The position numbers were made by a program, and so were the translations under genes. From Octopus sinensis (Eukaryota), in the NCBI RefSeq assembly GCF_006345805.1, contig NC_042999.1, forward strand, positions 152,582,001 through 152,646,000: DNA of 64,000 nt, given 5' to 3'. Under the pieces are notes generated by a model. It made no database searches. It worked only from the letters and a program-made list of their open reading frames with translations, and was not told the origin of the DNA. Shown here piece after piece: positions 51,560-64,000 of this stretch; positions within the stretch are counted from its first letter, which is position 1; each line of letters opens with the position of its first letter.

Positions 51560-51737
51560 AATTAAGAAATGGAGTTAAACGCAGCTTTTATTCAAATATT
51601 TATACTTCCTACATGTGTTTCGAAGAAACCTATGTCATTGTATTCCCTCAGGAATAATAACAATGTTTTCTTCGAAACATATGTCGGAAGTATACAGATT
51701 TGAATAACAACTGCGTTTAACTCCATTTCTTAATTTA
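51558..51737. repeat. ~180-bp hairpin (70-bp inverted arms), probably Penelope-derived
   Basis: AAATTAAGAAATGGAGTTAAACGCAG...TTTCGAAGAAA mirrored by TTTCTTCGAAAC...CTGCGTTTAACTCCATTTCTTAATTT. Confidence 0.85.
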
Positions 51738-51898
51738 TCTATGTCAAATAAAAAAATTTCACTAAACTCTGAAACTTCTAACTTTATAAGTAGGCTGTAA
51801 CATCCTTGGCACTTATGAGAACTTTTGCTACACTGGTAAATATTTTTTTTCTGTGTAATTTTTACACATTGAAAAAATACACATACGTTTATATATAT

Positions 51899-51956
<58 letters not shown>

Positions 51957-52659
51957 AATTAATAAAAAGGTCACAGTGTACTTGTAGTGAGGTGTAGAAA
52001 AACCCAACGTTTAGGAGAGAGTTCATTTTCAGAGAAGCGTTGGAAAGAGAGTAATTAACGAGTAGCAGCAAAGTTTTAAATGCTCTAAGTTTAAAAACCT
52101 GGCATTAATTTGCTGTCTATGTACATTTGATGTACAGACAATGTCGATAGCCCAGCTTGTTCAGTGTTTACCTCGAGGTAATATTGCTTTTTGGATCTGC
52201 TGTGTTAAAAACGCAATAAATATCAGAGAGACCGAAAAAATTCGTCCCACCAGCTGTTAGCAAGTACGTCAGATTCATCACGGTTCTTTTGGTTTTTTGG
52301 CGGCTTTTTCAGTGGCGCTTGGTCACAGACAGCCCCATTCTCGGACGAGGATTCGTCATCCCCGATATAGGATAAAGTGAATAAAATATTTATTGATTTT
52401 GCGAATTGTTACCCAGCTGATTAAAAATCCGGTATGAGGAATTGATGCATCCTTAAATTGAAATAGCCATCGTGTGTACCGTTGGCGATTTTTTCCCTCT
52501 GTCTTCCCTTCTCTGGATCTTTCCTTCTCCTATGGAAAATGTGAGACAATAGATGTCTTAGATGAAGGAGGCATGAAGTATGAGATGACTAGGTGAAAGG
52601 ATAACTAGAAGAGACAGAGAGGAATAGAAACCGAATATGGAGCTGTTCGTAAAGGGTCC

Positions 52660-53075
52660 CAGGTGTAACTGTGTGGTAAGTAGCTAGCTTACCAACCACA
52701 TGGTTCTGGGATTAATCCTACTGCGTGGCACCTTATGCAGGTGTCTTCTAGTACAGACTCGGGCCGATCAAAACCTTTTGAGTGCATTTGGTAGACGGAA
52801 ACTGAAAGAAGCTCGTTGTATATATATACATATATATATATATATATGTATATGTATATGTATATGTGTGTGTATGTTTGTGTGTCTGTGTTTTCCCCCC
52901 AACCATCGCTTGACAACCGATGCTGGTGTGTTTACGTCCCCGTAACCTAACGGTTCGGCAAAACAGAAGGAAAGAATAAGTGACAGGCTTACAAAGAATA
53001 AGTCCTGGGGTCGATTTGTTCGACTGAAGGCGGTGCACCAGCATGGCCACAGTCAAATAAAACAAATAAAAGAAT
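52660..53075 (+). mobile_element. SINE family B
   Basis: Head, body and tail GGCGGTGCACCAGCATGGCCACAGTC. Confidence 0.88.
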
Positions 53076-53769
53076 AACAGAAGGAGGAGAAAAAAGAAGG
53101 GATTTATGGGGCACGTGATCAACGATCGAATGCCAGCTTATCAACATATTTGAAGAGTCTTAAAGAATTTCTCTAAAACATATTTGTAAATTTATGCAGA
53201 CGATATATATGCCGGTTCATTGATTTAAAACTACTTAAAATATTATTAAAAAATGAAACTAATTTAGAGTTATTAAAGATAATTTAAATAATTAATATGC
53301 TTAAATTTTCAACATAAAGTTTAAAATATAATTTAATGCTATTTAAAATTATTAAAATGTCTTAGGGAAAAAAAAAAATCATTATTTATTTTCGACTGTG
53401 TAAATTGATTGATCAACAACGCTATTAGATAATATGGAAGCCTTTAAAGATATGATGAAAATTACTTATGAGAGAAACATTTATAGTTTAATGGTATAAG
53501 GAAAATTTAAAAAAAAAGCAGAACGGGTGAAGGGCAAATAATTGAAATTAAACTGCATCTAGAAATAAAATTGAAGTTGCTAGGTAACATAATGTGAATG
53601 TGAAAGATATAGAAGTAGGATAAAAATAGATTAGGGTGGTGGTAGTGGTGATGACGATGGAGAATATGATGGTGCTGATGGTGGTGTTGGTTAAAATGGC
53701 AGCCGATTTTCCGAATGAAACCAAGAAAACTATTTTTCTGTCGTTTTTTTTAAAAAATTACTGAGACGC

Positions 53770-54198
53770 TTTTACTCTTTTACTCTTTTACTTGTTTCAG
53801 TCATGTGCCTACAGCCATGCTGGAGCACCGCCTTTACTCGATCGAGCAAATCAACCCCAGGACTTATTCTTTGTGAGCCCAGTACTTATTCCATCGGTCT
53901 CTTTTGCCGAACTGCTAAGTTACGGGGACGTAAACACACCAACATTGGTTGTCAAGTGATGTTGGGCGGGGTTGGGGTTGCAAACACTGACACACAAACG
54001 TATACACATGCATAATTATATATATACATATATACGATGGTCTTCTTTCAGTTTCCGCCTACCAAATCCACTCACAAGTCTTTGGCCGGCCCGAGGCTAT
54101 GGTAGAAGACACTTGCCCAAGGTGCCACGCAGTGGGACTGAATCAGGAACCATGTGGCTGGTAAGCAAGCTACTTACCACACAGCCACTCCTACGCCT
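53770..54198 (-). mobile_element. SINE family B, full length
   Basis: Tail repeat (TTTTACTC)n on the plus strand, plus body and head. Confidence 0.9.
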
Positions 54199-54211
54199 AT
54201 TAATGATGATG

Positions 54212-54916
<705 letters not shown>

Positions 54917-55489
54917 GTAAAGGTTTCAAATTTTGGGCTCAAGACCCACAATTTTGGGGAGGGGACTACGTTGATCCCCATTGCTCGACTGATGCCTATT
55001 TTATCGATCCTGAAATGAGGAAACTTAAAGTCAACCTCGGTGGAATAATGATAATAATATTAATAATAATTTCAAACTTTTCCAACAAAGCCATTTAGGG
55101 TGGGGGCGTATAAATCGATCGCATCAAAACCCAGTGTTTCACTGGTACTTAATTTATCGACCCCGAAAAGTAAAAGCTTGCTAAGAGGTCGCACAACAAG
55201 TTTGGCATGTAAGCGTAAAGCACGTAAAGATGACCATGCAAACCAGGCGATTAACAGCTCCTGCAGCTAGCCATTGCTTCCGTATTCGAAAGGCTGTTAT
55301 CGGCCTTTTGCAGAGTTCCGCCTCTGACGCCGAAAGCCGCAGCAGCCCGTCGAAGTAAGACCTGAAATCCACCCTGCGACCCGGCTCACTGCTGCTCCCG
55401 AACGGTTGAGTGAATCGCCGCTAAAATGCCGCACACATCTATTTCGATCAGTTATCATTTGCCCTTCGTGGTCCGAAGCTTCTTGACTG

Positions 55490-56665
55490 GCTCTGTCTTT
55501 ACTCTAATAATAGGTTTTGTTAGGTGGACAAAGAACGAGTTTGAGGAATTGGATAGGAAAACTTGAAAAATGATGATAATTAACAAGGAACTACACCCCA
55601 AAAGTGATGCTGACAGACTGTATGTGCCTAGAAACAGGGGCAGAAGAGGTCTTATAGGATGCAAGATCTGTGTTCTTAATGAGAAGAACAGTCTGGGATG
55701 GTACATCAAACAGCAGAGTGAATCCTTGCTTGCCGCTGTTAGAATTAATATAATACCTACCGAAAATGTGATGCACCCACAAACATTTAAGAAAAAAGAT
55801 GAAGAAGAAAGAGTAAACATCTGAAAAATGAAACTACTGCATGGGTAATAACTCAGAGAAATCAAAGAAAAAGACAAGATCAACACTTGGAGATGGCTAA
55901 GAAGACGTGATCTGATATACAGCGCCCAGGAACAAGCTCTGAGAACTACTAACACCAAATTACAAATAGATAAAAAATAGCGATTCGCCCCTTTGTAGAA
56001 TGTATGGTAGCAGAAACGAAACAATCGCACATGTTGTGAGTACGTGTTGCATGCTGGTCCAAAAGTATTGCAAAAGAAGGAACGACAACGTGGCTAAGTT
56101 CGTCTACTGGAGGCTATGTGAAATGTACGGCCTGAACAGAGCACGGAAATGGTACGAACATAAACCAGAAGGTGTCACTAAGAACAAAGAACATAAGATA
56201 CTGTGGGATTTAACAATTCAATGTGAATCCTTAATTGAGGCTCGGAGACCAGATATTGTTGTGGCAGATAAAGGGAAAAAAGGAAACCAGGATCATGTGA
56301 CAAAACACTAGAAAAGATAACTAAAATTGCAAGAATGTGGGCTGAGGAAAGTGTCTGTCATTCCAGTAGTTGTAGGGACACTCGGAACACTGGCAACCAA
56401 GTTCGAGAAATATGTCTAAGGAATCGAAATTGGCATGAGAGCAGAGCAAGCTCCAAAAACTGTTCTGCTGGGGACAGCTAGGATTTTGAGATTGGTAATT
56501 GGATGTTGAATGTCTCCCACGATAAATAGCAACCAAATATCAAAGCTTATAATGTGCAGAAAGAGACACTGTGAGACCTCTGACAGCAGGCTGTTGTCTG
56601 CTCTCACAGAATCTACCAGAACAAACAAGATCGAACGTTCTGAAAAGTAAAACAGTGATAATAAA
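55490..56665 (+). mobile_element. R4/Dong-type (R2 superfamily) LINE 3' part: RT end, CCHC knuckle and RLE; pseudogenised
   Basis: LHPKSDADRLYVPRNRGRRGL; CRMYG..ETIAHVVSTC; ILWDLTIQCE..IEARRPDIVV; IPVVVGTLG; KTVLLGTARILR. 3'UTR hairpin CTGTGAGA/TCTCACAG. Confidence 0.88.
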
Positions 56666-57382
56666 AATCTTTTCTTGTCTTTCAATTTCTCCTCTCCCTC
56701 TATGTCACTCCTTCGTGTTCCCTCTTTTACGGTACGTCGCCAAATCCACGGTTGCTGGTAATATTGATGTTGCAAGCATTCTTGTCCCTTTTGCAAATAT
56801 CCTTTTTAAAGGAAAGTAAAAGGTCACTAAATACTTGCCATTACTCCGAAAGAGTAATATCTGGGGAATAGGGAGGGTGGGGCTAGGGTTAGCTGCAGCA
56901 ATTTTTGTCTGGTTCCCAAATCATCAAGTACCGAAAATGAACTTTCTCATCTTTTATTTTAAAGGGTTACAGAATTAACACAGGTTATCGGAACATAAAC
57001 CTTCTTCCACGAAAAGATAGCTTAAAGTGTGCTCTAAATGGAAGTGTAGTCAAATCCTATTTTATGGACTCGAACATGTTCTAAAATAAGTCGAAAGATA
57101 AGCTACTATAAATCGGCACGAACTTTCCGGACAACCCAATATTTCTAAATTTTTATCATGAAACAATTAATATAAATATGTGGATATTCGTATGGAATAA
57201 TACCTCTTGTGCTACATCTGAATTTTCTTGTCTTAATGTTTTAAGACAAATATCCGAAATTTTTATCGTATACCACATTTTATTAATACTTAGCTCATGT
57301 ACGGAGAGAAAAATGTTGTACTATATACTGCAGGTTATCTCCATTTAAATTCTCGCATTATATACATTATATATAATATACA

Positions 57383-57927
57383 CACTGGCGAAAATAAATT
57401 TAAGACATGATAAAAGTTTTTTTTCTTACAAAATATTCTGTTACTAGTCCTTTGCCGATCTTTATATTGACCAGTCTCCGATTATAACTTGCACGCAAGC
57501 CGGTTTACTGCACTTTAGTTGCTTGCTGATGTTCGAAAAGGAAATTTTTTGCTGTAATATACGATTTTTGCTCTCGTGACTGGACTAAGGCTACGTTGTT
57601 TTCCCATTATTAATAAATTGTATAATAACATTGAATTATAACTTTATATGGAGCATTTGGGCTCGTTGTGTGACCACCCATTTTGGCCAAAAAAATTGCA
57701 TACATATTACATGCTCTTAAACTAATTTTGCCGGTAAATTTGAAACGTTTATATTTAGCATTAGAATCCTTCAAGTTGTATAAAAATAGTTATTGTCTGC
57801 ATCATTCGAAATAAATAAATTTTGCATAAGGTGTAAAAGATAAAAATAATTTGTATGGTATTGGTAACAAAATATTTTGTAAGAAATAGAACTTTTATCG
57901 TCGGTCTAAAATATATTTTTGCCAGTG
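57383..57927. mobile_element. Tc1/mariner-type MITE (~545 bp)
   Basis: ~60-bp imperfect TIRs starting CACTGGC(G/A)AAAATA, TA-rich flanks and no ORF. Confidence 0.85.
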
Positions 57928-57932
57928 TATAT

Positions 57933-60504
57933 ATCTCGGGTCATCCCATAAGTTCTGTCAGAATTTTGGATAAAGAATACAAGTGATCAAATGTTATATT
58001 TAATTGAAATTTAATCATCAATGTACTTTCCCTGATTATCTGACTTACTTCCATCTATTTTCAAACTTTTTAATCCCATCAATGTAAACTATTTTGGTTT
58101 CAAAGCGAAGAACTCTGAAATGTCAGGTTCGACCTCCTCCTGGCTTGCGAAAGTTGTGTCCCCTTATAATTCTGTAAACTATGAAACAAATGGTATCCTG
58201 AAGGAGTAAGGTCGGGATGAAGAAGTTGGATGAAGAAATTTTTCCAAACCGACCTCTTCGATCTTCTGTGATATGATCTTTGCAGTGTGGGGTTGCGCAT
58301 TGTTCTGATGAAACATCACTTGTTTTCGACTCACTAAAGCGGCTCTTTTTTCCTTCAAAGCTTGGTTCAAACGCTCTAAGTGCTGGCAGTAGACTTGAGA
58401 ATTGATTGTTGCTATAAAGTGAATTACGCCTTTGCAATCGCACCAGATAGAGAGTAGAATCTTTTACCCATGAAGTTCCCTTCTCGGTTGTGGTTGAGCA
58501 TTTTCCCTTTTACCAAGCCACTGTTTACGACGTTTAACATTTCGATAGAAAATCCATTTTTCGTCACAATTCTATCGAAAAAGGGGGAAATGAGTTTGCG
58601 AGAATGGAGAGAAGAGTAGATGTCAACTCGGGATTTGCAGTTGCTTTCGGACAATACATGAGGCACCTATTTTCCAAGTTTAGTAATCTTTCCACGTTGT
58701 TGAAGATGACGATGAACTGTTGTATTGTTTGAAGTAAGCTTTATTGCCAATTCTTCAACTGATAATGACGGATGTTCTTCAAGTAATGCCTCAAGGAGCT
58801 TATCATCAAACTCAACTGGATGTCCTATTCGATATTCATCTTCAATTGTGCAAACGATCTCCTGCAAGTTCTTTCATTGAAGCACTTTCCCCATAAACTG
58901 AGTGTATGTTTCGAGTCACTTCGGCTGCAGAGTTACCTTTATTGTAATCATAAAGAATTATATGTGCCTTAAATGCTCCTTGGATACTACCATGTTGAAA
59001 GGGTTTTAATCAAAGCAATTTTAGGGTGTCCACGAAGTCTGGGTACATGGAATAAAATCATAACATAAACTAATATAAGAAATAATAATTTTCCTTTTTT
59101 ACTTTTGTTTAAATTAAATTTAAAAAATACTTTACTTTTCTAAATTTATTTGTTATTTTTTCTACAGATGATCGAATGATGGCTCCGTCTAAAGAAGAAA
59201 GAATACCAGATCGAATGATGGATCTGTCTAAAGAAGAAAGAATCGAGTTAGTATTATTAAGTGGACGAGAGGGATGGTCTTATCGAAAAATTGCAGAAGA
59301 ATTTAATCTTCGACACCCTTATAGGCAACCTATTTTTTTTACTGCCGTCGGGAAATTGATCAAGAAATTTAAAGAAACAGGCAGTGTTTTGGATAAACCC
59401 CGTTCCGGGCGACCAAAGACTTCAGATGAAACGAAAAGGGCTGTCATGGCTAAAGTTTCTGCTAGCCCAAAGAAATCACTTCGTCGGACATCCACGGTAT
59501 TAGGTGTTCCAAAACAACCCATCCACAAAATGTTGGTTGAGAAAAAGCTTCATCGATAGAACCTACAGATATTGCGTCACTTAAATGAAGACGACCCTGA
59601 TAGACGAATCTAGACGTGCGAATGGTTTTCAGATAAATTGGATGAAAGTATCAATTTTACGAAAAACTTTGTTGTTCAATGACAAAGCTACGTTTTATGT
59701 ACATGGTGAGGTCAACAGATAGAATCTTCTATACTGGTCTCAAGGTAATCCACGTTGGATGGATCCACCCAAACAGCAAGGCAGCAAAAAGGTGATGGTA
59801 TGGTGTGGTTTGTGGAAAGCTCGTGTTCTAGGACCCTTCTTCATTGATCATGTAACGGATGAAACTTATATAAACACATTGAGAGACAAATTAATATCTC
59901 AAATTGAGCGCCTAGGCGAGGGCCTTCCGAATTAGTTTCAGTAGGATGGGGCCCCTACCCATTTTGCCACAACTGTTAGAGATTGGTTTAATGATACTTT
60001 TCCTCACTGGATTGGAAGGAGGGGTCAATATGGAAAGGTCCCCTCGCTCACCAGACCTTTCTCCCCTTGATTTCTTTTTCTGGGGTATGTTGAAAGAGAA
60101 AGTTTATTCAATATAGATTACAGATTTAAAACAAATGAGAGAACGCATTACCAGCCAGTGTGCTGAAATTGATGGCAATGTAGACTTATTTAATCAAGTT
60201 CGTCTGAATTTTGCAAGGCGCATCAAGTTAAGCATTGAAAATGATGGAAATCACCTTGAAAATATTATTTATTAACATTATAATTAAATAAAATTGTTTT
60301 GTTTTAAAAGTATGTGTTAATCCCCATGTATGCAGACTTTGTAGACCCCCTCTATTATTTTTTAAAACAATATTGAATTAGTTTAATCGTACACAAATGC
60401 ATAAAAATAAGTTTTAATTGAATTAGACATTTGAAAATACTATTAAATTCCATTGAAATCTAAAATAAGGTAAAATTGGACAGAACTGATTGGATGACTT
60501 GATA
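57933..60504 (-). mobile_element. Mariner (defective) interrupted by a nested DD41D-like element
   Basis: TIRs GGTCATCCCATAAGTTCTGTC / AGTCATCCAATCAGTTCTGTC; motifs *VPHVLSE, HQNNAQPH and PDLTPSGYHLF. About 1.24 kb once the insert is removed. Confidence 0.9.
59022..60354 (+). mobile_element. Tc1/mariner-superfamily element, DD~41D (rosa/Visitor-like), defective
   Basis: TIRs GGGTGTCCACGAAGTCTGGGTACATGG / GGGGGTCTACAAAGTCTGCATACATGG. HTH KFKETGSVLDKPRSGRP; Q*DGAPTH...WIGR...SPRSPDLSPLDFFFWG, with about 40 residues between the last two D across a frameshift. Confidence 0.88.
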
Positions 60505-61133
60505 TTTATAATCTATGATATTCTAGTAGGTTTCAAGTTTATAACACCTTGATATTTCATGTTATCTCATTTTATATGCCTAAGACGTTTATTTTCTATT
60601 CTGGTTTTTATATATTTCTATACATTATATTTGTATCTATAATTCATTTTAAGCCAAAACATAATACGATCCTTGTACGAACGAAAGAATAAGAATGTTC
60701 TCTGGAACTTTTATCTTCCACCGGTGTTTGTAATCGCTGGTGACATGTACGATGATTTTGCGACTATCTTATATTTTACAGAGAAATTGGAAGCTCGGAA
60801 TGTAAGCCATCACTTTATGCATAATATAATATTTATAGTCTCTATTTCTAACTGAAATTCTGTCCTCAATAATTATTGATCTCTATTTCTGAATGTAATT
60901 CTTTTTCTTCTCGTTCAGCTTATAACTATATAAGACGCATTTTTCTCCAGCGTTCACCACTTCACCTCGTTAGGGTTAAACAGCCCTTACCGAATGTTTT
61001 CACTGTCCTATATTTGTTAGCAGCTTTGACGTTCCATGTATCTCAAATTTTATTTAATTTGCTTTGGGGGAGCAATTGCTTTGACGAAGACGCATCATGT
61101 TGCAATGCGGAGTAGGTAAATCTGCATTATAGT

Positions 61134-61344
61134 TCTCTATTTATAATGGAAATTAACCCGACCCGACCCGACCCGGCCGGACCCTGTACAGTCGCCCCAA
61201 TGGCACCCAGAGCTTTGCCCATGACACTCCATAGATCCTAAGTAAGGCATATGTAAAATTTGAATGAAATTGGTTGTGTAGTTCTCACGTTTTAGGGATT
61301 CACACAGACAGACAGGCACTTGTTCTAAGTTTTATTTATATAGA
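61134..61344. mobile_element. Short Helitron-related fragment with TC-TATA-type 5' ends at both termini
   Basis: Plus-strand start TCTCTATTTATAA, minus-strand start TCTATATAAATAAAA; (CCCGA)n and ACAG repeats. Confidence 0.45.
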
Positions 61345-61469
61345 TATTTGTATGTTTATATAAATGCACATACATACATGCATATAAAAATATACATATA
61401 TGTATACAAGTATACATCTGCGTGTTCTGTTATGTGCATGAATACAAATATATAAGGTAACATAAGGTA

Positions 61470-61690
61470 CTAGCTGAGTTACCCGGCGTTGCCCGAGTTA
61501 CATACAATTGAAGAATTCGACTTTTCTGTTATATTTTCTGTAATGAACTGAAATATCTGTTTCGAATTTCATCAAAATTGCAGATGAGGGTTATTTACCC
61601 TCTTTACACACCCTAAAAAAATTGTAGCCGTGCCACATTTATCCCATACTACTGATTTTTATGCGCATATTGCAAAATTCCAGTCTTATT
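61470..61690 (-). mobile_element. Helitron 3' terminus (extent uncertain)
   Basis: A|CTAG followed by hairpin CCCGGCGTTGCCCGAG, as in the 21058 and 43077 copies. Confidence 0.65.
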
Positions 61691-62591
61691 GAACCTGTTA
61701 AAAAGATTTTGCACCTGAAAAATGAAGGTCATGGAGCTCTAAAATGTGAGAGTGAAGGGTCCTGTTAGAGGTAAGCATCCTAATGTCAACCAGAGAAGTT
61801 GAATTGTTGAAAATCTTTTTTACTTGGGTCTTATATCTATTGTTTGAATTTCTTTGAAATAGGAAATATATGTTCGCTGGGTTTGTAAAAGAGAGCAAAG
61901 CTACAGGAAACCAAAAGACAAATTATCACAATAAGCAGTCATCTACAGCACCCTAGACGTTACCACTCCCTAGGTAGTATTCTTCACCATGCAGGTGACA
62001 TGCACAGCCGTAAGATGCATTACGAGTCTATAGCAATTGGAAGGGCGTGACCCAACTGAAATAAACAATAACAACAGTGTGACGTGAGGGCTAAGGAGAA
62101 ATGAAAGTTGGAGTGGGGGGAAACATTAATTGCTGGCAAGATGCCGAAAAGTGTAACTTCGTTTGGCGAAGAATCGTCAACCAACAGGGAGGCAAAAAAA
62201 GATCGGAGGTTTAATATTTAGCGATATTTCGGATTCTTCTGAAAATGAATTTCCCCAATATGTACTTCTGAAAAGAGGAACATTGACGTGAAAAGCCTTC
62301 AAACAGAAGAAATTAAACAAAAAATAATTTTTGCGTCAGCGGCTGGAGGTGGAACCCGCCAGCTGTCGACAAACAAAAATGACCTGATAAAGTACAAAGA
62401 TATGATAATTGAAGATATAATTGCACGGGCGCGAAAGCTACGTTGTTATGCTCATTCCGTAAACGGTGGCTTTTTAACGGGTGGAGAGCTGAACCATCCT
62501 GAAGTACAGAGGATTCGCAATCTAGACTAGGGTCTGAAAGTTTACCACATCATAGTGAGTTACACCATGGTTCCTCTGCTTTATGGCAGAA

Positions 62592-62782
62592 ATAGGAAAA
62601 AAGAGTGAGAGAAAGTTGTGGTGAAAGAGTACAGCGGGGTTCACCCCCACCATCCGCCAGAGCCTCGTGGAGCTTAGGTGTTTTTGCTCAATAAACACTT
62701 ACAATGCCCGGTCTGGGAATCGAAACCGCGTTCTTACGACAGCAAGTCCGCTGCCCTAACCACTAGACCATTGCACCTCCAC
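62592..62782 (-). mobile_element. SINE family C head and body, tail missing
   Basis: Minus strand GTGGAGGTGCAATGGTCTAGTGG...GGTTTCGATTCCC...CACAACTTTCTCTCACTC. Confidence 0.85.
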
Positions 62783-64000
62783 TCTGTTCAAATGTTTGCT
62801 TGTTGCAAATACAATATTCCCATGAAAATCACTGCAGTGATCACCAACCGTTACCGTGTAGTATATAAAATCTTAAAAGTTAATGACCGATGTATAAAGC
62901 GCAAAGGAATCATACGCAAGCACACACATACGCCCACTCACACATACATACACAGACACACACATACAAATACATACACGCACACACTTCATTAAGACGT
63001 TGACATCGCAGATAAGTATACATAATTTCCAATTCCCTCAAGTATAGGGGGAGAAAAACTTAGGAAAGCGATGAAACTAAGAGCAAAAATAAAATTTTGA
63101 AAACATCCCTGCCATCGAAATAAAAAAAAATAAGGAAAGAATAAAATAAAATTAAGAAAAACGAGTGAAAAGAATATTTATTATTATTTTTATTTCTATT
63201 TATTTGTTTTTTAAAAAATAGTATCATTTTCAGTTTAGAAAGAGAAAAAATTGTAAATGGCGTAAAAAAATGGAATTTAAGAAAATCAGAAAAAAATTTA
63301 ACTGAAAAAAAAATATCAAATTAAAACAAAAGTGCAGATCTTGAAAAGAATAGGTTAGCAGAAAGAAAACTTATGTTGTAGAATTCCAAAATAAGGAATA
63401 TATTTAATAAAGACAGAGTGAAAGCGAAGATGGTATTGAGAGTTTTAAAAGTAAAGAACTACAAATATTCATGAGGTGAATTAAAAAGGAAAAAAAAAAG
63501 AGAGAAAAAAAATATCATAAAAATTCACGGAAACATTGCAGGGTTGACGAATACGTAAATACGAATTTCGGCGCCATTTTCTTCCCTGATGTATAAATGA
63601 GTTTGTATGTATTGAGAATATGTTCTTGTGTACGAGCATGCATGCATACGTAATGTGCAAGTGTATATATTTAAATAATAAATAAAATATAAATCAGGAA
63701 AAGCACAATAAGATATAGCCTGTAATCTTTCAAATGAATTGGTGAAAATGCAGGAAAAAAAATTGGTTTTTTAAAAAGGGGGGAATTAAAGAATTGAAAT
63801 GGGAATAAAATTTTGAATACGAAATATGAACCAGAATTTCAATTCTAACCAATATCTTTATTACCTTTCAATTCGACATCTTTATCAAGGAACCAAGTTC
63901 TTATACGCACGCATATATATATATATATATAATATATACCTTTATTTTAAAGGCTTGTATTGCAAATTTCTCTTGCGTTTCTCCTTCGGGTAATATATAA

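Overview
This is eukaryotic, AT-rich DNA saturated with microsatellites. The tRNA-derived SINE repertoire points to an octopod cephalopod (Octopus-like); this is inferred from recalled family features, not from a search. Almost all ORFs in the supplied track are translations of simple repeats or SINEs. The real content is a layered transposon landscape. It includes four tRNA-derived SINE families (my labels: A, Nin/Deu-domain-like; B, CORE-like; C, tRNA-Arg-like head with interchangeable tails; M, Meta-domain-like) and decayed LINE fragments (CR1 group, RTE, HERO, R4/Dong). It also holds a Ty3/Gypsy pol remnant, two mariners (one carrying a nested DD41D/rosa-like element), non-autonomous Helitrons, a DINE-1/HINE-like element, a MITE, Penelope-type hammerhead ribozyme motifs and several fold-back elements. 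A few isolated minus-strand exon candidates (best: 10263-10422, vWA-like) may belong to a host gene with long introns. The most notable signals are: a ~555-bp non-coding element inserted twice in the same register into (TAA)n; a SINE and a LINE sharing a 3' tail; one SINE head with at least three different tails; SINE multimers with a fixed junction; and a tRNA-like palindromic element. Element boundaries were read by eye and are approximate unless TSDs or TIRs are cited.
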